A DNA stretch of 49,542 nt from Holosporales bacterium (GTDB lineage Bacteria > Pseudomonadota > Alphaproteobacteria > UBA3830 > JAIRMZ01). Shown here one piece after another: positions 41,549 through 49,542 of the stretch. Position 1 is the stretch's first letter. Each line of letters begins with the position of its first letter. The translations under genes were made by a program, and so were the position numbers. The notes under the pieces were generated by a model that was not told the origin of the DNA, did no database searches, and was given only the letters and a program-made list of their open reading frames with translations. Location of the stretch: positions 1 through 49,542 of the forward strand of contig JAISAP010000059.1 of assembly GCA_031266655.1 (NCBI GenBank), given 5' to 3'.

Positions 41549-41669
41549 GGTTGGGATGCTCCCATGATTGACTATGCATGTATAGAGGCAGGATTTTCGT
41601 AGTCGAGGGAGCGGGAACTACGGCGATATTTTACTCAGAGAGAGAGATTCCCTGTTGTTGAGAGAGGCA

Positions 41670-41699
41670 CAACTGGTGCTGAATTTTCAACACCAGTTG
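41670..41699 (-). terminator. Stem-loop just downstream of the HEAT-repeat gene
   Basis: Minus strand CAACTGGTGTTGAA-AA-TTCAGCACCAGTTG; no clear U-tract. Confidence 0.4.
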
Positions 41700-41711
41700 G
41701 CTGATCGGTGA

Positions 41712-42329
41712 TTATTGGTGCGCGGCTAGGATTTGTTGTATCCTCTGTAGGTTCTCACCCAATATTCCCGGCTTCTGCTGCTCGAGGTACGCCAGTTCTC
41801 CGGCAGCAGCACGCTGCACCGACTGCTCTCCATCAAGGTGCAGGAGGTAAGCATCCACCAAAATGGGCAGCACTTTCTGGAAATCTTCCTCGCTTAGTGT
41901 CCCTGGACTCTGATCATTTAACTCTCGCAATGTGTAGGCAGCAGCATGTCGTCTCTCGAGGTCGGCCCCACCCAGACTATCCATCAGGATCTGCAACACT
42001 CTCTGGGTGTACCCGCCCAATGTTCCTGGATATCGCAGCTCCAGTCGCGCCAATTCTTCAGCAGCGGCAAACTTCGTTGCAGGGTTGGCCTCAGACAATT
42101 GCACGTAGTAACCATCCACCAGAGCACGCTGCACTGCCGGAGCATATTCCCCCAGTATTCCTGAGTTTTGCTTCTCCATCTGCGCTAATTCTTGGGCAGC
42201 AGCAAACTTCGTTGTAGGGTCGATCTCCGATAATTGCTGCAGCAGATCCTCGAAGGCTCCCTCCATACCGCTTGCACTGAGGGTCACGAAGGTGGTTGTG
42301 AGAAACAACAACTTACTAAGATTAGACAT
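41712..42329 (-). CDS. Exported HEAT-like repeat protein
   Basis: Signal-like MSNLSKLLFLTTTFVTLSASG; four ~40-45-aa helical repeats (xxxAAAxELAxLExxxPGxLG). Confidence 0.78.
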   Translation of the reverse strand: MSNLSKLLFLTTTFVTLSASGMEGAFEDLLQQLSEIDPTTKFAAAQELAQMEKQNSGILGEYAPAVQRALVDGYYVQLSEANPATKFAAAEELARLELRYPGTLGGYTQRVLQILMDSLGGADLERRHAAAYTLRELNDQSPGTLSEEDFQKVLPILVDAYLLHLDGEQSVQRAAAGELAYLEQQKPGILGENLQRIQQILAAHQ

Positions 42330-42432
42330 ATTTTCCGTCTCCTTTTTTTCTAACGGTAAACTTATTATGTCCTGTATGTTTCCACTTGTCAATATATTGG
42401 CAATAGCTTTAACCCTTTCCTTCGTTGTATCT

Positions 42433-42915
42433 TCACGACCGCCCTGCAACCGAAGTGCAATTTTGGATCAGCGTCCTTCCCCTGCGACGACCTACTGGAT
42501 TCGGATTCAGCCAAGAGGGGCACTGCAAGACCCGCTCTCCGGTTTCCAGAAGAAAGAGCGCCACCAATCCGTTGCAGAATACGTACTTGCAATTAAAGGA
42601 CACGCCGCTCCATACGTAGCTCAGCAGGCCATGATCCCATACATATTGTGGGTAGAAGTAGTAACAGACAACGTCAATACTCACACTATAGGTCAGTATT
42701 GAGAGGACGGCTGCCCACAGGTTCAGGCGTCGATCTTTTATCTTCCGAATGAGGAAGGTGACTGTCGAAAAGATCGATAGATTGACCACCGCGAAAAAAT
42801 TCAGCCTGAAATTCACTTGGGAAAGAGCACAAAGCATCCAAGCCAAGGCACAAACATTGTTCAGCCCCGCGCTTCCGTGACACTGGCTCAACATCATTAA
42901 AATCGAACCGACCAT
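42433..42915 (-). CDS. Small integral membrane protein, last gene of the met operon
   Basis: 160 aa with several hydrophobic segments; AGGAGG RBS; starts 23 bp after the metH stop. Confidence 0.72.
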   Translation of the reverse strand: MVGSILMMLSQCHGSAGLNNVCALAWMLCALSQVNFRLNFFAVVNLSIFSTVTFLIRKIKDRRLNLWAAVLSILTYSVSIDVVCYYFYPQYVWDHGLLSYVWSGVSFNCKYVFCNGLVALFLLETGERVLQCPSWLNPNPVGRRRGRTLIQNCTSVAGRS

Positions 42916-42937
42916 ACACCTCCTAACAACAGCGCAT

Positions 42938-45301
42938 TCACCCCAACACTCTCTTCGCTATATCGGCAGATTGCTTCGCATCGCGAGCATAGTAATCCGC
43001 TCCGATTTTTTGGGCGTAATCTGCTGTTAAAACGGCTCCACCCACGAAGAAAACAGCGTCTTGCTTATTTTTCTTCACCAAACCAATCGTTTCTTCCATG
43101 CTGCCAAGCGTGGTTGTCATTAATGCGGACAAGCCAATGAGTCGCACATCGTGCTCTATGGCGGAAGCTAACACTTGCTCCGGAGCCACATCGCGCCCCA
43201 AATCGTAGATCGTGTAGCCGTAGTTTTCCAAAATCACTTTGACAATGTTCTTGCCAATATCGTGAATATCGCCTTTAACGGTAGCTAATATAATTTTCCC
43301 TTTCGTCAGTTGTTTCTTGCCTGAGTTGACAAGCACCTTCTGGACCACAGCAAAAGCACTTTGGGCGCTGGCAGCCGCCTGCAGAAGCTGTGGGAGATAA
43401 ATGGCTCCTTCTTCGAAGGATTTGCCTACCGCATCCAGGGCGGGAATGAGTTTCTCATTGACAATCTCCAAAGGATCATGGTCCTTCAGCAGTTCTTCCG
43501 CGCACAACGCTGCTTCTTCGGCGAGACCGTGGTTTATGGCATAGAAAACATCATGAACAGGCGCAGCAGAAGAGGTATTATCCGGCGTCTTCGTTGTGGC
43601 GGTGTTATAGTGCTCAACGTAGGAAGCGGAGCCCGGATCATAGTTTAAGAGGACATCGAACGCCGCGACAGCATCGCGCATAGCCGCAACGTTGGGATTG
43701 AGGATGGGCAAATCCAGCCCCGCACCCAGCGCTAAGGCTAAAAAGGTCTGATTCAGCAGTTCGCGATTAGGCAGACCGAACGAGATGTTGGACACGCCAA
43801 GAACCGTTTTAAGATGGAGCTCTTCTTTCACCATGCGAATGGCCTTCAGGGTCTCCACCACTTCCGGCTGTTGCACCGAAGCAGCCAGGACCAAGCAATC
43901 GATGTAGACATCTTCGCGCTTAATGCCCACGGAAAGGGCCGCTTCTAGGATATGCCGAGCGATGTTCACGCGCTCTTCCGCTTTGTCGGGAATGCCGTTT
44001 TCGTCTAGGCACAAGCCCAACACCGCCGCGCCATATTTCTTCGCCAGAGGCAGTACAGAGCGCAGAGATTGCTCCTTCCCGTTCACGGAATTGATCAGCG
44101 GCTTGCCGTTCACGATGCGGAGGCCTGCCTCTAGCGCCTGCGGATCCGTTGAATCGATCTGCAAGGGGGCCTCCACCACCGCTTGCAGGCGGCTCACCAC
44201 CGTGCGCATCATGGCCGTTTCGTCGATGCCAGGCAGACCGACGTTGACGTCGAGCACCTTAGCCCCGGCTTCTATCTGGCTAATTCCTTGATTTAAAATA
44301 TAATCTATATTCTGATCGAGCAGCGCCTGTTTAAAGAGCGGCTTGCCCGTAGGGTTGATGCGCTCCCCGATGATGGTGGGCCTGTCGATGATTACGGCAT
44401 TGCCGGCGGAGCAAAGGGCGGAAAAAGAAAGCGTTTCTCGCGGAACGGGCTTCCGAGTCTTCAGGAGCGCAGCAATCTCTTGAATGTATTCCGGAGTGGT
44501 GCCGCAACAGCCTCCGAAGATCGTGACGCCGCGTTCTACTAGAGGAATGAGCTGTTGGGCGTACTCACTCGGCGATAAATCGTATTGATTGCTGTTCAAA
44601 TTCGGAAGGCCGGCATTGGGTTTGACGATAAGAGGAAGATTGGTGTGACACCGCAGCGCTTCTACTATGGGAAGCAAGTCACAGGGGCGCAGAGAGCAAT
44701 TCAGCCCCAAGGCCGTCACACCCAACCCCTCTAAGGTAATGGCCATAGAGGCAGGCGTACACCCCACGAAGGTGCGGCCATTTTCCTCGTAACTCATGGT
44801 CACAAAGAGGGGTAAGTTGGTGTTTTCTCGCGCCGCAAGGACAGCGGCCTTCGCCTCCAGCAGATCGGACATGGTCTCGATGACGATGAGGTCAACTCCG
44901 GCTTTTTGACCCGCCACAACCTGCTCTTGGAAAAGGCCGTAGGCTTCCTCGAAGGAGAGACAGCCGTTGGGATGCAAGAGCTTCCCGATAGGGCCCACAT
45001 CTAGAGCGATGCTCACGTTTTGGCGCCCAATGGCGCGCCGGGCCCTCTCTACGGCGGCAGCAATGACTTCCGTTGGAGACAAACCTTTGTCTGATAATTT
45101 ATATCCGTTCGCGCCGAAGCTATTCGTATAGACAACCTGAGATCCCGCCTCGATGTATTGCCGATGAATACTCTCGATCAGCTCTGGCTTTTCTATGTTG
45201 AGCATTTCCGGGCAGATTCCCGCAGGAAGACCCGCTTTTTGCAGCATGGTGCCCATGCCCCCGTCCAGCAACGTAAAGGTCTCGAGCAGGTTATGCATCA
45301 T
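42938..45301 (-). CDS. metH: Cobalamin-dependent methionine synthase lacking the reactivation domain
   Basis: LLDGGMGTMLQ and GGCCGTTPEYI (Hcy/Zn); IGERINPTGK and GVSNISFGLP (pterin); VKGDIHDIGKNIV and GLSALMTTT (B12). About 787 aa. Confidence 0.95.
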   Translation of the reverse strand: MMHNLLETFTLLDGGMGTMLQKAGLPAGICPEMLNIEKPELIESIHRQYIEAGSQVVYTNSFGANGYKLSDKGLSPTEVIAAAVERARRAIGRQNVSIALDVGPIGKLLHPNGCLSFEEAYGLFQEQVVAGQKAGVDLIVIETMSDLLEAKAAVLAARENTNLPLFVTMSYEENGRTFVGCTPASMAITLEGLGVTALGLNCSLRPCDLLPIVEALRCHTNLPLIVKPNAGLPNLNSNQYDLSPSEYAQQLIPLVERGVTIFGGCCGTTPEYIQEIAALLKTRKPVPRETLSFSALCSAGNAVIIDRPTIIGERINPTGKPLFKQALLDQNIDYILNQGISQIEAGAKVLDVNVGLPGIDETAMMRTVVSRLQAVVEAPLQIDSTDPQALEAGLRIVNGKPLINSVNGKEQSLRSVLPLAKKYGAAVLGLCLDENGIPDKAEERVNIARHILEAALSVGIKREDVYIDCLVLAASVQQPEVVETLKAIRMVKEELHLKTVLGVSNISFGLPNRELLNQTFLALALGAGLDLPILNPNVAAMRDAVAAFDVLLNYDPGSASYVEHYNTATTKTPDNTSSAAPVHDVFYAINHGLAEEAALCAEELLKDHDPLEIVNEKLIPALDAVGKSFEEGAIYLPQLLQAAASAQSAFAVVQKVLVNSGKKQLTKGKIILATVKGDIHDIGKNIVKVILENYGYTIYDLGRDVAPEQVLASAIEHDVRLIGLSALMTTTLGSMEETIGLVKKNKQDAVFFVGGAVLTADYAQKIGADYYARDAKQSADIAKRVLG

Positions 45302-46064
45302 GAACGATGGGACCCTCCTGCCGTCGAAAATGGCACACTTGGTGCATGTTGCATGCCTCACACGAGGTATGCGCGTCCTTTTGCGGGAGCGAACTCACCC
45401 ACATCATGGCTGTAACCGACTTAGAAGGTGTGAGCAAGAAACTCGGAGTGGTACTCAAGCCGATTTTTCGTTCGGCATCTAGTAAAGAGAGCAGTTTGGG
45501 TTGCGTAGAAAGCGGCAGGCTTCCATATCCAGGGCTGTAACGATTGGTGAGATGCTTCTTGCGATGGGCGTAGGCTTCCGTCACCTTGCCCTGCACCGCA
45601 TCGCAGATCGACTCGATAGCAGCCGTCGCGCAGCTATCCAGCACCAAAGCGTATGTCATGTCCTGAATTTGGGCGCGATCTAGCGCTCGATCGACAGAAA
45701 CACCTAGCGTGACCGCCATCAGGACCAGCCCCTCTTGCTGGCTCAACGGCGCATGACAGGCGTTCTCTGGATGGGGAGACTCCCGAGTGGAGAAAACACG
45801 GTATATGGCACGAGGCTCGGCTACGGCGCAGACTTCGGCCATCCCTTTTTGAAGCAGCACAGCGATTTCCGGCGTAACATCCGCCTCTCGCTTGTATCCT
45901 AGGTAACGAATGACCTCCGAACGCAATTTTTCCTCAGGCTTCAGAGAGAAGCTTTTGTATATTTTTTCCTCTTGAGGAGTTTTTTCTATAGAATCCGCAA
46001 AATTTTCAGCAAACAACGGCACGATGCGTCCGATCGTCGTTGACCCCTTGAAGAGCGCCCGCAA
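45291..46064 (-). CDS. Stand-alone methionine synthase activation (AdoMet-binding) domain (start uncertain)
   Basis: EVIRYLGY, AVTLG, RYSPGYG and LTPSKSVTA motifs; lies between metF and metH. Confidence 0.88.
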   Translation of the reverse strand: MRALFKGSTTIGRIVPLFAENFADSIEKTPQEEKIYKSFSLKPEEKLRSEVIRYLGYKREADVTPEIAVLLQKGMAEVCAVAEPRAIYRVFSTRESPHPENACHAPLSQQEGLVLMAVTLGVSVDRALDRAQIQDMTYALVLDSCATAAIESICDAVQGKVTEAYAHRKKHLTNRYSPGYGSLPLSTQPKLLSLLDAERKIGLSTTPSFLLTPSKSVTAMMWVSSLPQKDAHTSCEACNMHQVCHFRRQEGPIVHDA

Positions 46065-46908
46065 TGTTTTTCGTCATTCTCTCTGCCACCGTCGCATTGT
46101 TCATGGTATACAGGTGGATCCCCGGGACCCCAAAAGAGAGCAGATCCATGATCTGCTCGGTGGCGTAATCAATACCCGCATCGAAAAGCGCTGCAGGATC
46201 GTCTTCGAAGCGACTGAGAATGCTTGAAAATTTGGCAGGCACGGTAGCGCCACAAAGGGAGACGATTCTTTCCACCAAATGTTTGTTGACGATCGGCATG
46301 ATGCCCGCCTCGACAGGAATGGTCATGTGAGCCGCACGCACCTCATCTGCGAACCTGTAGAAAACCTCATTGTCAAAGAAGAGTTGCGATATCAGATGGG
46401 AGGCACCCGCCTCTACCTTTTCCTGGAGATAACGGATATTTTCCGTCCTGCTACGCGATTCCGGATGTCCTTCTGGATGGCAAGCAGCCGCAACGTAAAA
46501 GCCTCCTTTTTGCCGGATCAGGGAGACGAGATCACTCGCATGCACAAAATCGGTAGCGGTGCTGTCCTGTATGCGATCGCCTCGCAAGGCTAAAACGTTG
46601 TCTATGTGGTGTGCCTTCAAGTAGGCGAGCACTTCCTCCACGCTTTCCCGAGAAGAGTTGACGCAAGTGAGGTGAGCCAGCGGCTCTATGTTGTGTTCTT
46701 TCTTGATGTAGCAGGCTATTTTCGCCGTGAGGTTGTCCCCGATAGCGCTACCTCCCGCTCCGCAAGTGATGCTGATAAAATCAGGGTGGAGCTGTCGCAA
46801 GCTGGCAGTTAGCTGATAAACCGCTTCCATATCGGAAACTTTCTTCGGAGGAAATATCTCAAACGAAAACAAGCATTTTTTCCTCTGGAGCAGCTCAGAT
46901 AGATGCAC
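46006..46908 (-). CDS. metF: 5,10-methylenetetrahydrofolate reductase
   Basis: FSFEIFPPK, AHLTC, LALRGD, HPEGHPE, SQLFFDN and GIHLYTMN; GTG 46908 follows a GGAGGAGG RBS. Confidence 0.95.
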   Translation of the reverse strand: MHLSELLQRKKCLFSFEIFPPKKVSDMEAVYQLTASLRQLHPDFISITCGAGGSAIGDNLTAKIACYIKKEHNIEPLAHLTCVNSSRESVEEVLAYLKAHHIDNVLALRGDRIQDSTATDFVHASDLVSLIRQKGGFYVAAACHPEGHPESRSRTENIRYLQEKVEAGASHLISQLFFDNEVFYRFADEVRAAHMTIPVEAGIMPIVNKHLVERIVSLCGATVPAKFSSILSRFEDDPAALFDAGIDYATEQIMDLLSFGVPGIHLYTMNNATVAERMTKNIAGALQGVNDDRTHRAVVC

Positions 46909-47419
46909 AATCCCCCTCCTCCTCCAACACGGAAATAACAACTTCTTGAAGAAGCAGTTCCCCCTCTTTCGATCCGCGGTCAGTCTGCAACATTTTTTAT
47001 AACTCTGCACCCTTTTGTTCGACCGGTTGATCCGCATGGGCAGAAAACCTCAAACCGTGAGACATTTAACCCAGTATTGATGCTAACTCCTAGTTGCTGT
47101 GCAGCACCGGGCTCGCGTGAGACCTGAGTATTTTTCCTTGATAGTGAGTTTATTACTTGACTAATGAAGATAGTTTTGTTACTAAGTGTCGTGTTTTAGG
47201 TTTTACAGGGACTGTTGTGCGAAAGTTGTTGGTAAGCTGCGTGTTGTTCTGCGTAGTGAGTGCCAGGCTTACGGGCGTCGTCCCCTCCTGCGGAATGACT
47301 GTGCAAAAGGGGCGGTTCCCTCCGGATAGGACCGGCCAGAGTGTGCATGGGCGATGGGCTTGTACCTCAAAGCCGAAGCGGTCTTCTGGAAGTTTGCGAT
47401 GAAAAGACGGAGCGCTCCT

Positions 47420-48109
47420 TTACTCTTCCTCTGAAAGCGAGGTCCTGTAGAGCGCATGGAGAGAGTCCAGAGAATCGGTTTGCTGACGCCGATCTTGGTC
47501 GAGGAGGATCCTTCCCCCCTTCAAAAAGATAATTCTATCGGAGATTTGGGTCAAAAAATCCAGGTCATGAGAAGCGAGCACCATGGTAACGCCCATGACC
47601 CGAACGGTTTGCAGCAAAGACACAATATCTGATGTCGTCACAACGTCCAGTCCAGAGGTGGGCTCATCACAGAGCAGCACGTTGGGGTTAGTCATGAGGC
47701 AGCGCGCTAGTGCCACCCTTTGTTTCTGCCCTCCGGAGAGACGATCGGGAAAAGAATCGGCTTTAGAAGCGATTTTCAGGTGCGTGAGGAGCTCTTCTGC
47801 ACGTTGACGAGGTGCCACGCTTTTGTCCTTGAGGCGCGGAGCGTACAGCAGGTTCTGCAGAACCGTCATATGCGGGAAAAGCTGAAAATCCTGAAACATA
47901 AATCCCACTTTGCCCTGGCAGAGAATGGTTCCGGAATCTGGCTTCTCCAGCCCCTGAATACAGCGCAAAAGCGTGGATTTTCCCCCTCCTGAGGGGCCTG
48001 CGAGGCCCACAATGCTGTTGCCCACAATGGAAAGATCCACTCCCTCCAAAACGGGAGCGCCTCCAAAGGCCTTATGGACTTGGTTAATGCTGATGATGGG
48101 AGCGCTCAA
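47420..48109 (-). CDS. Polar amino acid ABC transporter ATP-binding protein (GlnQ-like)
   Basis: GPSGGGKST, FQDFQLFPHMTV, LSGGQKQRVALAR and DEPTSGLD. Confidence 0.93.
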   Translation of the reverse strand: MSAPIISINQVHKAFGGAPVLEGVDLSIVGNSIVGLAGPSGGGKSTLLRCIQGLEKPDSGTILCQGKVGFMFQDFQLFPHMTVLQNLLYAPRLKDKSVAPRQRAEELLTHLKIASKADSFPDRLSGGQKQRVALARCLMTNPNVLLCDEPTSGLDVVTTSDIVSLLQTVRVMGVTMVLASHDLDFLTQISDRIIFLKGGRILLDQDRRQQTDSLDSLHALYRTSLSEEE

Positions 48110-48722
48110 TGGTCCTTCCTATCCACTCAATCAACAACACTAGCAAGTAGTAATACCCCCCCGCGATACAGAGGGGCATGAAATACGTAAATTGCTCCGC
48201 AGAGAGCATACTCGCCGCCCGCATGACATCCAGTCCTCCAATGACCGAAATAAGAGCTGTCTCCTTGAGAAGGGAGATGACTTCGTTGACCATGGAGGGG
48301 AAAATGTTGCGGAAAACTTGCGGGAGAATGATGTCTTTCCACAGGAAGAACCTAGGGATCTCAAGGGTTTGAGCCGCTTCAAACTGACCTAGCGGTAGGC
48401 TTTCGATGCCCCCGCGTAAGATTTCCGCCACATAAGCAGCGCTGTTAATCCCAAAGGCAATAATCCCTGCGGAGAGCATCTCTAGCCTCAGCCCAATGAG
48501 GCCGGGAGCCGCAAAATAGATCAAGCTCAGCTGGAGAATAAGCGGCGTCCCTCGAATCAGAGACACGAAGCCCTTGATAAAGGCTACACCTACGCCGTTG
48601 TATCGGAGGACAGCAAGCAAAGCTCCCAGCGTAGCGCCTATGAAAAAGCCGCCAGCAAGCAGCTCGAGGGTGACAGCCAGCCCCCTGCCAACGTAAACAC
48701 AGTGAGAAAAAAAGGCTTCCAT
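48084..48722 (-). CDS. Polar amino acid ABC transporter permease
   Basis: IRGTPLILQL, SAAYVAEILRGGI..GQFEAA and LKETAL. Confidence 0.93.
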   Translation of the reverse strand: MEAFFSHCVYVGRGLAVTLELLAGGFFIGATLGALLAVLRYNGVGVAFIKGFVSLIRGTPLILQLSLIYFAAPGLIGLRLEMLSAGIIAFGINSAAYVAEILRGGIESLPLGQFEAAQTLEIPRFFLWKDIILPQVFRNIFPSMVNEVISLLKETALISVIGGLDVMRAASMLSAEQFTYFMPLCIAGGYYYLLVLLIEWIGRTIERSHHQH

Positions 48723-48889
48723 GAGACCTCTTGCCGCTCCTTCTTGTCGCAGATTTCTGGAGCCCTAGGCATCCGCAGAAAGGAGAGTACCACGCCTCTC
48801 ACAGTTCTGCACCTCAGTGTCAGCAAAGGTCTTCCACAAGAAACAAGAGCTCTCTCTCTTAGCAAAGTGGTGTTAGATAGGGTAAAGCA

Positions 48890-49200
48890 TGTTGAGATTC
48901 GACCAGGTTAGGGGCGTGCGAGAAGTATAGAATGCTCGCATGTTTCTGTGAGGACATGTCGGCACGTTCAGTGAGGTAGTGGATCAAGATCCGTCAGAAC
49001 ACGATCAACCTGACCTACAAGCACTTTCGAGAGTTGAGAGTCCAGCAGAGCTTTGAGGAGAGTGCGGGGCAAGAGTCCTATCAACGACATTGAGGCTTTC
49101 TGGAGCTTTGCGAACGGACGTTTGACGAAGTTCAACGGCTTAAGAGGCGATGTCTTCCTTTTGCCCTTGAAAGAGTGTGAGCTTCAGCATACCTGCAGAC
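48890..49200 (+). mobile_element. IS1595-family transposase remnant (internally deleted)
   Basis: RRVRGK directly joined to INDIEAFWSFANGRLTKFNGL...FLLPLKECE; an upstream fragment reads ...CFCEDMSA. No complete ORF. Confidence 0.75.
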
Positions 49201-49218
49201 TCTGGACGCTATCGAAAA

Positions 49219-49542
49219 TCAGTCTTCCACCTCCATATTTTTGTAGGTTTTCACGTGGCTGATATCGAGGGATTGGAACTTCCGAAGTGTTGGGTAATGA
49301 CGGAGAAAGAGGAGGAAGTAAACATAATAATCCCGTATCGAATCTCGATGTTTACAGAAACAGAAAATGCACAGAACGTAAAACCCCCATCGTTTGGGAC
49401 GATCGGTCCATCGTGTGGGAACAACTGCTTCGGGGAAGAATTTAGCAAGAGGAACACGGAGGAAGAATCTAGGAATAGAGATCTCATATCCCGAGAGGAG
49501 ACCCTTATAGTCGATAAAATCGGGATTCGGACCGTTCGTTAA
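49219..49542 (-). CDS. 3' end of a hypothetical protein (runs off window end)
   Basis: Minus frame is open from the window edge to TGA at 49219 (107 aa: LTNGPNPDFIDYKGLLSGYEISIPRFF...KNMEVED). Confidence 0.55.
   Translation of the reverse strand, partial: LTNGPNPDFIDYKGLLSGYEISIPRFFLRVPLAKFFPEAVVPTRWTDRPKRWGFYVLCIFCFCKHRDSIRDYYVYFLLFLRHYPTLRKFQSLDISHVKTYKNMEVED

Noticed and set aside
47157-47402. 81-aa plus-strand ORF between the met operon and the ABC ATPase
   Set aside because: TTG start, no clear RBS or motif; not supportable as a gene.

Overview
This 49.5-kb window is bacterial chromosome. Gene content and order point to an alphaproteobacterium, and secreted LRR/HEAT and orphan paralogue families suggest a host-associated, Holosporales/Rickettsiales-like lifestyle (inference). 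Housekeeping genes: radC (partial), cysS, gltX, tRNA-Leu(TAA), prfB with its programmed +1 frameshift, nlpD-yajC-secD-secF-cmk, an EnvZ-like kinase, a D,D-carboxypeptidase, tRNA-Ser(GCT), xseB-folD, an aspS/sugar-ABC/dut operon, a split metF-metH operon and a polar amino-acid ABC pair. The most unusual region is 26.75-33.5 kb. Two convergent flgE-like paralogues, with no other flagellar genes in the window, form an inverted duplication with divergent central domains, and each is interrupted at the same position by an out-of-frame poly-G tract. Three arrays of a structured non-coding repeat bracket them: a ~45-nt core motif plus a double hairpin with covarying stems and variable ~20-nt loops. 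Two further candidate surface-modification genes (an FkbM methyltransferase and an SGNH/DltD-like protein) are also broken exactly at poly-G tracts, which suggests phase variation, although homopolymer sequencing error cannot be excluded. Also present: a DnaA-box-like cluster (candidate oriC), three HEXXH-type exported paralogues and an IS1595 remnant. All calls come from reading the sequence by eye; no database searches were run.
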